Source: a virus (Duplodnaviria; Caudoviricetes). Taken from it: DNA of 40,463 nucleotides. The notes under the pieces were generated by a model, which made no database searches, was not told where the DNA came from, and saw only the letters and a list, made by a program, of their open reading frames with translations. The translations under genes and the position numbers were made by a program. The stretch lies in the IMG/VR virus record IMGVR_UViG_3300020045_007692, positions 1 to 40,463 of that record, one strand, 5' to 3'. This document shows, piece by piece, positions 1 through 8,261 of the stretch; within the stretch, counting starts at the first letter, position 1, and every line of letters begins with the position of its first letter.

Positions 1-531
1 CGGGATGCCATTGGCGAAAACATTCTGGGAGTTGCCCAGATACATGTTGACTTGGCCATCCGCGCGAAGGGCCAACCTGCCGCCCGAGCTGTAGAATGCG
101 ATGCCCGCATTCGCGCTGCTGAGGTTGCCAAACGTGCAGGTATTGGCGTCGATAGCCGTGCCCAGCACTGCGCCAGCGTCCGATACCGTCGCACCGCTGT
201 CTTGCAGCAGCTTGCCGGTAGTCAGGTTATACCGGGCAATGGCATTGTCGGTTGCCGAAGCGGGGCCGACAACATCGCCTGTGCCCGCAGCCGCAAGTTC
301 AAAGGCCGTCTCGCCCGCATTGACGCGAAGGACTTTCAGCGCATTGCCCGTCATAGCAGCGGGCTGCGTCACCATCGAGCCGTTGGCGTTGATTGCCAGC
401 GCGAGGGCTGTTGTGACACCAGTCCCCGGCGTAGTCGTGCCGAGAGTCGTCACAGCATCCGTCACTGCCAAAGAAGCATTCAGTTTCGTCCTGACGGAAG
501 AGCCTGCTTCGCCATCTGCAATACTAGTCAT
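1..531 (-). CDS. Fibre/appendage-like virion protein, 5' part (runs off the window start)
   Basis: Read manually: ATG at 531, MTSIADGEAGSSVRTKLN...GTGDVVGPASATDNAIARYNLTTGKLLQDSG...YLGNSQNVFANGIP, open to base 1; homologous to 39333..39941. Confidence 0.75.
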   Translation of the reverse strand, partial: MTSIADGEAGSSVRTKLNASLAVTDAVTTLGTTTPGTGVTTALALAINANGSMVTQPAAMTGNALKVLRVNAGETAFELAAAGTGDVVGPASATDNAIARYNLTTGKLLQDSGATVSDAGAVLGTAIDANTCTFGNLSSANAGIAFYSSGGRLALRADGQVNMYLGNSQNVFANGIP

Positions 532-534
532 GGT

Positions 535-711
535 TTAATCTTCCCAAACATCAGAATCGGACCAGATACCATTATCGGCCCAAATACCACCTGTAAGTAG
601 CCAGACTGGGCCAACCCCTGTGAGTTGGATAGTCCGGTAATTCTGCCCATCGTCAGCCAGCATCCCCGAGGCCCAAGGCCCAAAGGTCAGTTCTGGTGTG
701 AAAGTCGCCAT
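535..711 (-). CDS. Small Trp-rich hypothetical protein (58 aa)
   Basis: Read manually: MATFTPELTFGPWASG...WLLTGGIWADNGIWSDSDVWED; fills the gap between neighbours. Confidence 0.65.
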   Translation of the reverse strand: MATFTPELTFGPWASGMLADDGQNYRTIQLTGVGPVWLLTGGIWADNGIWSDSDVWED

Positions 712-712
712 A

Positions 713-1327
713 TCAACCCTCGATTAGTGGAGTGTGCTCAGCCGCCCAGGCAGCGGCGTTTTCGGCTTTCGAGGGCAGATGCACAACGAAGTTGACTTGC
801 TGGTTATTCCCCGGCCCGGCGGCGCGAGCACCAAAACCCAGAGCCTTTGAAGAAATGTCCAGCGCCTTCATGGCAACATCTGCGCTGCGCGTCTTCTCCA
901 GATTCTCCGCGATAACGTCGAGCGATTGCATTGCCAGGCCACGAAACCGCTCTTCAATCGTGGCTATGAGAAAAGGGTCTGAAAGCTCCTCGCGGCGTTT
1001 AGAGAGCGCGCCCTGAAAGGCATCTGAGCCAATAATGCGGGAAATCCAGTGTTCTGTCCGCTCAAACCGCAGCGCAAGCTCTTTTTGCTGAATCGTCGGC
1101 TCCGCGATGATCAGGTCAATCATCGCTTCGTGCGTATAGCGGGTTTTCTGAATCCGGCTGTCTTTTCGGCTCTGGTCATACCCCTTTGCTTCGGCAATCC
1201 CTTGATACTTCGGATGGTCCAGGGGGAGGAATTCCCTATCTGCCATCGGAATGCGGGCGGCGCGCGGGGTTTGGGGAATCTCCCCATCGGGAATCATCAC
1301 AAACTCAGCCAGTTTTTCGTAATCCAT
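713..1327 (-). CDS. Putative terminase small subunit (HTH protein)
   Basis: HTH-like segment QQKELALRFERTEHWISRIIGS; first gene of the late arm, upstream of TerL on the circular map; start set at MDYEK. Confidence 0.55.
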   Translation of the reverse strand: MDYEKLAEFVMIPDGEIPQTPRAARIPMADREFLPLDHPKYQGIAEAKGYDQSRKDSRIQKTRYTHEAMIDLIIAEPTIQQKELALRFERTEHWISRIIGSDAFQGALSKRREELSDPFLIATIEERFRGLAMQSLDVIAENLEKTRSADVAMKALDISSKALGFGARAAGPGNNQQVNFVVHLPSKAENAAAWAAEHTPLIEG

Positions 1328-1357
1328 CTTCAAATCCCTCGGCAAAGGTGTGCTCCC

Positions 1358-1387
1358 TGTATCGCTCGCCGCCGCGCCCCTTGTCAA
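1358..1387 (-). promoter_or_regulatory. Putative sigma70-type promoter for the late arm
   Basis: TTGACA at 1387-1382 with weak -10 (GATACA, 18-nt spacer), upstream of ATG 1327. Confidence 0.4.
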
Positions 1388-1414
1388 GAGAGAAATCCGC
1401 TCAGATCTTCCCAA

Positions 1415-1431
1415 AATAGGCCTTTTTTGAA
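1415..1431. repeat. 17-bp repeat AATAGGCCTTTTTTGAA, copy 1
   Basis: Exact match to 20977..20993. Confidence 0.85.
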
Positions 1432-2200
1432 GTTTCATTTCTGGCTATTTTTGAAGAGGGGCTACACGCAACCAGTGGCAAACAGAGGCCACTGTTGAAT
1501 TGGGCAAGGGCACAGGGAGTGGAGAGGCCCTAAACACCCCAATCCCTCGACCCCCCCAGCGGGTTGACCCACCCCCCTTCGCTTGGCGCAAGGAAATTGC
1601 TCAGTCGGGCAATAAAATTTCACGAAAGGACTGGGAAGCATGGCAGTTGTTGCGCAAGGCAAGGGATGAGGGGCGCGCCTGCGCGGCGAGGGATAGGCGC
1701 ATCGCGTCCACTGCCTGCCCAAAGCCGCGACCGGGGATTGGCTTGCGTGTGGCGCGGGAGTGCCAAGGGACAATAGGGGGGAGACCGCCACTTGATAGGA
1801 GAGGGGCCTCACGCAACATTGTTGCGCGCTTGAAGTCTTTCTGGAAAGAGAGAGGGGGGGGTAGAGCAACTATATATCAAGAGGCTCCCACGCGAAGGAA
1901 GGGGAGATCGGCCCCGCATTGACGCTTGGCAACACCGGGCCACGCGCGGGCCAATGCCGGGTCGCGGCTTTGAGGGAGGGGGCTGAGGGGGCTTCGCCCG
2001 GTAGACATCCCCGCATTGGCAATGGGTGCAATGGGGGCGGAGAAGGGGGGAAGGTGGTGCGCAAGCGGGGCTTTGGCCTAGGCTTGGCGGGGAGGGGGCC
2101 TAGAGCGCGGGGAGAGGGGATTGGCTATCCGAGTGCCCTCGGCGCGGCGAGGGGCTTAGAGAGGGCTTGGGGGCGGAGCCTAGGCCTAGGATCACCGGGC

Positions 2201-2233
2201 AAAGAAAAACCCGGCTAGGGTTAGCTAGCCGGG
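2201..2233 (-). terminator. Intrinsic terminator of the leftward early operon
   Basis: Minus strand CCCGGCTAG-ctaacc-CTAGCCGGG followed by TTTTTCTTT. Confidence 0.8.
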
Positions 2234-2275
2234 AGGAGTTTAGGGCAGGGGGTGCTAGACGCGAAAGGGGAAAAG

Positions 2276-2467
2276 CTATATCAACCTTGCCACCATTTCA
2301 AGCCAAGGAGTGAGAGGTTCGCTACCTTGGAGAGTATAAGCGCAAGTATCAAAGCCGTCTTCGTCATAGCAAGGCTCGGAGCTATCCCAGATGGCGTATT
2401 CATCAGCACGAAGGTGCTCTGGGAGAGGTGGAGTGCTCGCCGGGCGGTATTGGCGGAGGATAAACAT
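2276..2467 (-). CDS. Hypothetical early protein
   Basis: MFILRQYRP...; GATTAGGA RBS at 2487-2480. Confidence 0.5.
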   Translation of the reverse strand: MFILRQYRPASTPPLPEHLRADEYAIWDSSEPCYDEDGFDTCAYTLQGSEPLTPWLEMVARLI

Positions 2468-2581
2468 GACTATGGCCATTCCTAATCGTTGCCGAGAATC
2501 GCCCCTTACCATGCGAAAACTCTGCCTGTCAAGCGATAATGCAAAGACAGGCAGAGTCTGGGCAGGGCAATGATCCAAGCC

Positions 2582-2707
2582 CTAGAGCATGATCGCCAAG
2601 GCGAGGATGCAAAGTGGCCAAGTGATCCCGATGAGAGCAAGGCCGAGTTTTTCGCTAAAGGCGGCGCGGCGGTAGAGGGAAAGGGCGAAGCGGAGGTTGC
2701 TACGCAT
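2582..2707 (-). CDS. Small membrane protein (41 aa)
   Basis: MRSNLRFAL...LGLALIGITWPLCILALAIML; hydrophobic C-terminus; overlaps upstream stop. Confidence 0.5.
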   Translation of the reverse strand: MRSNLRFALSLYRRAAFSEKLGLALIGITWPLCILALAIML

Positions 2708-2930
2708 TGTTCCACCCTTCCGGCAAAGGGATAGGCGCGGAGCAAGGGTGAAGGTTAGAGGGCTTGGAGCCTTGGCTAATGACATAACAAGTTAGCCAAG
2801 GCTTCACAAAGCGCAAAGACTTGCAATACTCTAAGCCCTTTTGCTGGGCGGTCGAATAACTAAAGCGCCCGTCAAGCGGAACGCAACTATCACTGCCAAG
2901 GGCTTCAGGTAATTCGATCCAATAAGGCAT
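2700..2930 (-). CDS. Hypothetical early protein
   Basis: 76-aa ORF with GATTAGGAG RBS. Confidence 0.65.
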   Translation of the reverse strand: MPYWIELPEALGSDSCVPLDGRFSYSTAQQKGLEYCKSLRFVKPWLTCYVISQGSKPSNLHPCSAPIPLPEGWNNA

Positions 2931-3008
2931 CGGATTATCTCCTAATCAATCGACGCAAGGTTGCATCTATTGCGGCTAGTCTCTCACCCTAGCCGCAAGG
3001 GTTACAAT

Positions 3009-3524
3009 CTAGAGGCCGAGAGCGGCGAGAAGCGCATCAGCGTCAACTTCGCTCGCCGTCCCGCTTTCGGCCTTCATGCGCTCGATGATCTCCGCGACCG
3101 GGGCGATTTTCTTAGCCGTCGCCCAGCCGCCAATTTCAGCGAATTTCGCCTTGGATGCTTCGGGATCGAAAGGTGCCTTTTTCGCCTTGGCAGAGGTTTC
3201 CACCCATTCAAGAAACGCGCGAAGCACAATCCCGGTTTGCACTGCCGTGCCGTCCCCCCGCTTGGCTTTCCATTCACCATCGGCAAGGCGAAGGGCGATA
3301 GCTTCCATCGCGGAGAGTTTGTCCGATGGTGTGGCATTAGCCTCTTTCGGAAAGGCCGCGCCATCGGAGATTTTCTGCGCGAAGCCATGAAGCATCGCCC
3401 GGTTGCGAATTTCCTCACTAGAGGTTGTAGGGTTAAAAGAGAAGCTTCCCGCGTCCCCTACTTCAAAAACCATAACGCCGGTTTCCGTAATAGAGAGCGA
3501 GATAAGAGAATTTTTTCTAGCCAT
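3009..3524 (-). CDS. Hypothetical protein, paralogue of 8310..8882
   Basis: Shared HGxxQK[IL]xD, GxW, IIER and VDxDxLLxxLG motifs; GATTAGGA RBS. Confidence 0.85.
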   Translation of the reverse strand: MARKNSLISLSITETGVMVFEVGDAGSFSFNPTTSSEEIRNRAMLHGFAQKISDGAAFPKEANATPSDKLSAMEAIALRLADGEWKAKRGDGTAVQTGIVLRAFLEWVETSAKAKKAPFDPEASKAKFAEIGGWATAKKIAPVAEIIERMKAESGTASEVDADALLAALGL

Positions 3525-3575
3525 GAGACTTTTTCCTAATCTATCGGCGCGGCGAGATTGCCGCTCGATAGCCTC

Positions 3576-3604
3576 TATCTACTCAAGAGACTTCACCTTG
3601 TCAA
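3576..3604 (-). promoter_or_regulatory. Sigma70-type promoter (leftward early)
   Basis: TTGACA-N17-TAGATA upstream of ATG 3524. Confidence 0.65.
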
Positions 3605-4114
3605 TAGTCCAAGTGAAAAAAGTTTTCTGCCCTTGCATAGTCCGCAAGCGAAGAGAGGGGGCCGATTGCCCCGCTTGCCAATCCCTAGCCTCTTTCCCTT
3701 GGCAATCCTCAAGCGCGAAGCACTTGCGCGCCGATTGCGCCATTCCCCTAATGAATGATCATTCGCCCTTCGCAGGACCCGGTGCGAAGCGCCGGCGAGC
3801 CGCCTATCCCCTTGCGGCTATTTCCTTTCCCCGGCTTGGCATGATCCCTAGAGGCAGTCCCCTTGCCGGGAGACAATCGGCGCGCCGGTGCGCGGCACCG
3901 GACTGACCCCCCGCATCCCTTCACCACTGGACAACCCCCACCGCTCTATCTGAAAAAGCAAGGTTTTGGAGAATTTGGGCTGATTTTCGCTATTGAAATT
4001 AAGCCCGGTTTACCGGCTCTAGGCATTTAAAAACTGCGCGCATGGGGGCGCGGGCGCGCGAATAGCGACATGCTCCGCGAAGTCAATATACTATATATAG
4101 CTGGAAACCTTATA

Positions 4115-4143
4115 TTGACATCTCCCAATCGGCGCGCAAGCCT
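4115..4143 (+). promoter_or_regulatory. Possible promoter for 4184..4366
   Basis: Perfect TTGACA; weak -10 (AAGCCT) at 17 nt. Confidence 0.4.
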
Positions 4144-4183
4144 CTCTCCCGGCACTTCGCCAACCTTTGCAAAGGAATCCCCA

Positions 4184-4366
4184 ATGGCACTGAAAGACAC
4201 TCCCCCAGCCGAACCCACGATCGAGACCGTCGAACTCGAACCAGGGTTCTACGTCAAAGCTGGAAGCACAACCTCCGGGCCTTACTCTACTGCAGCCGAC
4301 GCTGAAGCCTTCATCGCTGGGCAGTTGGCTCCGCAGGACATCGCTGGGGAGGTGGTTGAGGTCTAA
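4184..4366 (+). CDS. Small acidic hypothetical protein (60 aa), monocistronic
   Basis: AAGGA RBS, MALKDTPPAEP..., followed by a terminator. Confidence 0.75.
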   Translation: MALKDTPPAEPTIETVELEPGFYVKAGSTTSGPYSTAADAEAFIAGQLAPQDIAGEVVEV

Positions 4367-4395
4367 AGCTCACCAATCTCCCTGTAAACCAAACC

Positions 4396-4428
4396 AAGCC
4401 GGGGGTTAACAGCCCCCGGCTTTTCTTT
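4396..4428 (+). terminator. Intrinsic terminator
   Basis: AAGCCGGGGG-ttaacag-CCCCCGGCTT followed by TTCTTT. Confidence 0.85.
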
Positions 4429-4444
4429 CGCCTATAAAAAGCAA

Positions 4445-4473
4445 TTGACCCTCACCCCGCATTGTCGCATCGT
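4445..4473 (+). promoter_or_regulatory. Promoter of the early small-gene cluster
   Basis: TTGACC-N17-CATCGT; same style as promoters at 8233 and 12366. Confidence 0.55.
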
Positions 4474-4506
4474 GCATTTCCACCATCAAGATTAGGAGCT
4501 TACCTG

Positions 4507-4749
4507 ATGGACGATAAACACCCCAGCAAGGCCGCGATGGATGCGGCTGAACAGTGGCTTTTTGAATGGGTAAAGCCGGGACCGGCGCAGACCCTCGCCG
4601 ACGCATTCGGCGCCTTCGCCGCCAGCCAGTCGGCAGCGTTGCTTGAGGCGTTGGAACTGGTGACGCGAACGGCGGCTTGGCACAGTTTCATGCCTGAGAC
4701 ACAAATCCTTATCTTCAAAGCCATAGCCGCAGCCAAGGAGCGCAAGTGA
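4507..4749 (+). CDS. Hypothetical early protein
   Basis: GATTAGGAG RBS; MDDKHPSK...; TGATG overlap with next gene. Confidence 0.7.
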   Translation: MDDKHPSKAAMDAAEQWLFEWVKPGPAQTLADAFGAFAASQSAALLEALELVTRTAAWHSFMPETQILIFKAIAAAKERK

Positions 4750-4925
4750 TGAGACTTTCAGGCATAAGTGGGGTGGGCCTAGCTATGGCCGTATTGGCCG
4801 CATCATCGACTGGCCCCCTACCTGCCCGCAAAAAGCGCAAGGCCGCACCGCCCGTCAAGGAGCATGAGCAAGGCCCTGAGACACGCCAGCAGCGCCGCTA
4901 TCGTGAGCGGAAGGAGCGCAAGTGA
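4749..4925 (+). CDS. Small basic hypothetical protein (58 aa)
   Basis: Read manually: MRLSGISGVGLAMAVLAA...ETRQQRRYRERKERK; coupled at both ends. Confidence 0.65.
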   Translation: MRLSGISGVGLAMAVLAASSTGPLPARKKRKAAPPVKEHEQGPETRQQRRYRERKERK

Positions 4926-5119
4926 TGCCTGACAAGACTTGGTGCGCCGACAACCTGCCATGCGCCACGGCGACGGCCCTGCGCGAGCAGCTTGCCGAGG
5001 CGCGGGAGGCGTTCAAGGCATACGCTTGGCACAGGCTGGATTGTGCTGACTGGCGTGCCGAACACGGCAATTGTGACTGTGGCTTCACCGCCGCGCTGGC
5101 CAAGATGGAGGGAAAGTGA
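4925..5119 (+). CDS. Hypothetical protein with HxxxC...CxC putative metal-binding motif
   Basis: WHRLDC...CDCG; AAGGAG RBS. Confidence 0.65.
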   Translation: MPDKTWCADNLPCATATALREQLAEAREAFKAYAWHRLDCADWRAEHGNCDCGFTAALAKMEGK

Positions 5120-5271
5120 TGGACTTACTCAAAGCCGCAGACCTTGTGAGCGCGTTCGCCGCCGGGGCCTGCCTTGTGGTGGCGCTGCAAAGCGTCATAG
5201 ACCGCCGCGCCGGATGGGCTGTTTTGTGGACTGTGATCTTCGCCGCCAACCTTGGCTGGGCACTGACATGA
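5119..5271 (+). CDS. Small two-TM membrane protein (50 aa)
   Basis: Read manually: MDLLKAADLVSAFAAGACLVVALQ...WAVLWTVIFAANLGWALT. Confidence 0.6.
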   Translation: MDLLKAADLVSAFAAGACLVVALQSVIDRRAGWAVLWTVIFAANLGWALT

Positions 5272-5420
5272 CCCGCCGCATAGCCCTGCGTCACGACCGC
5301 AGCCCCGCCTATCTCAACGCCGCACCAAGGCTCCGCCAGTCGCAGATTGAAAAGCCGTTCATGCCGCAGCTGATGGATCAACCCGGCTGGCTGCGGCGGG
5401 TATTGGGGAGGAAAGTATGA
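5268..5420 (+). CDS. Hypothetical protein (50 aa)
   Basis: MTRRIALRHD...; ATGA overlaps at both ends. Confidence 0.6.
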   Translation: MTRRIALRHDRSPAYLNAAPRLRQSQIEKPFMPQLMDQPGWLRRVLGRKV

Positions 5421-5608
5421 GTAACGAATGGCTAGAGATCGCATGGATCAACTACACAAAAGCAATTCTGCACGGGCAGGTTATGGACGGCACAACTGAG
5501 CGGCAGGTTGATCTAATCCTGACCGCTGAGCAGGCCGCGCGCATCCAAGACTTGAACGCGAAGCACGAAGCCGAAATGTTCAAACTGCTGCGGAGTTTTC
5601 TGCCATGA
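5417..5608 (+). CDS. Hypothetical protein
   Basis: GGAGG RBS, ATGA coupling. Confidence 0.65.
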   Translation: MSNEWLEIAWINYTKAILHGQVMDGTTERQVDLILTAEQAARIQDLNAKHEAEMFKLLRSFLP

Positions 5609-5964
5609 CCGTTGATCTTTCAAAGCCCGTCAGGACGCAGTGCGGCTATCCCGCGCGGGTGGAACGCACAGACCTACAGGGACACCTCCCCATACTCGCG
5701 ACCTATGAATCAGACGGTCAAGAATGGCCTATGGCTCTCATGGCGAACGGCACGCACCAGCGTTCTCCAAGCCTCTCCCTCGTCAACGTCCCGACGCCAG
5801 AGCCTCTCATGGTGACGATCAAGATGACGCCGGAGGATGCTGCGAGGTTGACTTGGGGTTACGAATTGTTTCGTGCTGTAGCTGGCGTTGGACTGATGGA
5901 CAGTTACAGCGCTTGTCTCGCCCACTTCACCGCCCTTGCCGAACAGCAGCGGGGAGAAGGGTGA
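5605..5964 (+). CDS. Hypothetical protein
   Basis: 119-aa coupled ORF, N-terminus MTVDLSKPVRT. Confidence 0.7.
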   Translation: MTVDLSKPVRTQCGYPARVERTDLQGHLPILATYESDGQEWPMALMANGTHQRSPSLSLVNVPTPEPLMVTIKMTPEDAARLTWGYELFRAVAGVGLMDSYSACLAHFTALAEQQRGEG

Positions 5965-6056
5965 TGGAGTCTGCAATTTTTATCGTCGTCGCTATCGTTA
6001 GTGTGGCGGCACTTTTCATCGCCTTCGTACCTTGGAGGAACCGAAATGACCGTTGA
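5964..6056 (+). CDS. Single-TM peptide (30 aa)
   Basis: MESAIFIVVAIVSVAALFIAFVPWRNRNDR; TGATG coupling. Confidence 0.55.
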   Translation: MESAIFIVVAIVSVAALFIAFVPWRNRNDR

Positions 6057-6438
6057 CCTAACCAAGCCGGATCAGGTGGAAGCGGTGGCGCGGCTTGAAA
6101 CAGCCCTCAAGCTGATCGCGGGAAGCCACTGGGAACGGTGGGGAATAGATCAAACAGATATTGAGGAACTGCCTGACCTCAGCGCGGAAGAAGCCATGAA
6201 GGTAGCACGCGATGCACTATCCTATGACGATGACCAACCTGTTGCCCAAGCAGCCATCGCCGCGATGCAGCCCGCTCCGGTGGTGACGGATGAGATGGTG
6301 CAGACCGTCCTCAGAGTGTTTAACCACGGCATTGTGCGGGAACCTGACGCGAAAAACCCGCGCGGCTATACGGACAAGTTCAAGCCTGCACTGATGATGC
6401 GCAGGGCACTCGAAGCAGCACTAGGAGCCAAGCCATGA
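6046..6438 (+). CDS. Hypothetical protein
   Basis: GGAGG RBS; MTVDLTKPDQ... Confidence 0.7.
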   Translation: MTVDLTKPDQVEAVARLETALKLIAGSHWERWGIDQTDIEELPDLSAEEAMKVARDALSYDDDQPVAQAAIAAMQPAPVVTDEMVQTVLRVFNHGIVREPDAKNPRGYTDKFKPALMMRRALEAALGAKP

Positions 6439-6539
6439 GCGGCTATTTAGTCCTATTTATGCCGCTGCTTTGGATGGCCGTTAGCCTTCAATGGATTTGG
6501 CATCACCTCGCGGAAATTAATCGGAAGATGAGGCCATGA
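6435..6539 (+). CDS. Single-TM peptide (34 aa)
   Basis: Read manually: MSGYLVLFMPLLWMAVSLQWIWHHLAEINRKMRP; ATGA overlaps. Confidence 0.5.
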   Translation: MSGYLVLFMPLLWMAVSLQWIWHHLAEINRKMRP

Positions 6540-6958
6540 CCCGCGCCGAAGTGCTCGCGCTGGCGGATCGGGCAGAGAAGGCGACGGGGCCGGATCGGGA
6601 GTTGGACGCGGATATTTCGCGCGCCCTTGGCTGGTTCCAAAAGCCCGTAACTATGCGGTATGCGAACCCCGATGCAGTTGTGACGGAGCACTACTGGACC
6701 TTCGAGGGTGACAGCCGGGGCGCTTGGAGCACCACTGCACCGCACCTTTTCACCGCATCCCTCGACGCAGCCATGACGCTGGTGCCGGAAGGATGGCAAG
6801 TGGAAATGGTTATCCGAGATGAAGGCGCAGCCGCGCAGCTTTTCGACACCATTCGCGGCCCCTCAGAACCTTGGATACGAAAAATGAGCGCCACCCCCGC
6901 CCTTGCCCTGACCGCCGCATGCCTGCGCGCCCTAGCCGAAGGAATGAACGATGATTGA
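6536..6958 (+). CDS. Conserved phage hypothetical protein
   Basis: GPDRELDADI...FTASLDAAMTLVPEGW...ATPALALTAACL pattern common in alphaproteobacterial phages. Confidence 0.75.
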   Translation: MTRAEVLALADRAEKATGPDRELDADISRALGWFQKPVTMRYANPDAVVTEHYWTFEGDSRGAWSTTAPHLFTASLDAAMTLVPEGWQVEMVIRDEGAAAQLFDTIRGPSEPWIRKMSATPALALTAACLRALAEGMNDD

Positions 6959-7172
6959 ACAGACCGACCGGGAGGCGGCAAACAAGGCGTTTGACGTAGC
7001 ATTTGCCGCACAAGGCACCGCCGAGCAAATCAAGGCCGATATGGCTGAAGTCCTCGCCGCCCACCGTCTGCGCGGTTACAATGCCGGGCTGGAGGCGGCT
7101 GCGGCAGTAGGGTTCCAGCGGGCCGTTGCAGGCGGAAAGCCACTGCCATGCTGGCCGCAATCCGCGCCATGA
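6951..7172 (+). CDS. Hypothetical protein, possibly frameshifted near 7138
   Basis: AAGGA RBS; alternative-frame C-terminus would end at 7192. Confidence 0.55.
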   Translation: MIEQTDREAANKAFDVAFAAQGTAEQIKADMAEVLAAHRLRGYNAGLEAAAAVGFQRAVAGGKPLPCWPQSAP

Positions 7173-7188
7173 TCGAAGGAGAAACCGA

Positions 7189-7518
7189 ATGAACGACCAA
7201 CCATCCGAAGCCGCGCTGCGCAAGGCGTGTGAGGTGCTGGGCTGGGCAAATTGCGCGTATGCGAATGGGTCTGATATTCACTGCGCGATACAGCACCTCG
7301 CCCGCCACTTCGCCACCGAGGACAAGGCTGCGTGGGAGGCTATAACCAGCCTATGGCCCGAACAGCGACTTATTGACTTCGCCCGCCGCCACATCCTGCC
7401 CGATCCCAAGCCGACTGTGATCGATGTTGTCGAGCGCTGGCGCGGAACACCGGGCCGCACAACCGAGGCGCTGGAAACCCTACTCCGCGATGCCGGACTC
7501 TTAAAGGAACCCTCATGA
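7189..7518 (+). CDS. Hypothetical protein
   Basis: AAGGAG RBS; MNDQPSEAALRKA... Confidence 0.7.
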   Translation: MNDQPSEAALRKACEVLGWANCAYANGSDIHCAIQHLARHFATEDKAAWEAITSLWPEQRLIDFARRHILPDPKPTVIDVVERWRGTPGRTTEALETLLRDAGLLKEPS

Positions 7519-7919
7519 CCGAAGAACAACGCATCTGCCTCGCTATCTGGCGCAAGGCCGCAGCCAATCCCTCCACCTTCACAGTCAAGCTCTCAACCAA
7601 AGCCTCCGCGCAGACAGTCAAGAGAACGCTCTACCGGGTAATCCGCCCCTACCGCGATAATGAACTCTATGACCCAGTCCTCACCGCTGCTTGTCAGCAA
7701 CTCATCCCGGCAATTCGAGAAGCCCTGCCTACCGGCTGGGAAATCTACTTCTCCGCGCGGAAAACCCTCCACGAACTCCACTCCCAGCTCAGCCTCCTCG
7801 GCATAACTGATGAAGACATAATGTCTGAGGAAGAACTCGAAGCAAAGAGGTCCCTGGAAAGGCTCACAGCTCCACCAGTAGAAAAACCAAACCCGTTCTA
7901 CGATAGGAGCAAGGACTGA
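7515..7919 (+). CDS. Hypothetical protein
   Basis: 134-aa coupled ORF; C-rich codon style of the core genome. Confidence 0.75.
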   Translation: MTEEQRICLAIWRKAAANPSTFTVKLSTKASAQTVKRTLYRVIRPYRDNELYDPVLTAACQQLIPAIREALPTGWEIYFSARKTLHELHSQLSLLGITDEDIMSEEELEAKRSLERLTAPPVEKPNPFYDRSKD

Positions 7920-8236
7920 TGGGCTGGCATTACCTCCCCCCAGGGATGTTTCCCTTCGCCCTGCACGACGCCCATGCTGGGGCGGAGCTTAGCCCTATCA
8001 TCCTCAGAGAATCAAGTCGGCGCGCAGACCTTCTCGCGCTCGCAAACGAATTTCGGCGCTTTCGTTGGTGCATCCGGCAATCCGGGATTGAAAGCCCCGC
8101 GCTACAGCGAGAGCGGGCATTAGCCTATCGAGCAACCCTCCATGAACGGCGCAATGCCCCCTTTGCGCTAATCATCACGACCAAGCCAAAGCTCTTAGCG
8201 GTTCTTCTAGACCTAAACCCTTCACTAAAAAGTTGA
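7919..8236 (+). CDS. Hypothetical protein
   Basis: 105 aa, TGATG coupling, AAGGA RBS. Confidence 0.65.
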   Translation: MGWHYLPPGMFPFALHDAHAGAELSPIILRESSRRADLLALANEFRRFRWCIRQSGIESPALQRERALAYRATLHERRNAPFALIITTKPKLLAVLLDLNPSLKS

Positions 8237-8261
8237 CTATCGGAGCGCCGTCCCTCATATT
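8233..8261 (+). promoter_or_regulatory. Sigma70-type promoter
   Basis: TTGACT-N17-CATATT upstream of 8310. Confidence 0.65.

Noticed and set aside
1-285. Direct terminal repeat or DGR template/variable pair with 39579..39863
   Set aside because: Copies differ mostly at third codon positions, not specifically at adenines, and no reverse transcriptase is present
1462-2218. ORF-track ORFs in the G/C-run region
   Set aside because: Low-complexity translations without RBS or motifs; likely spurious
3999-4013. CtrA box (TTAA-N7-TTAC)
   Set aside because: Single imperfect match, too weak to call
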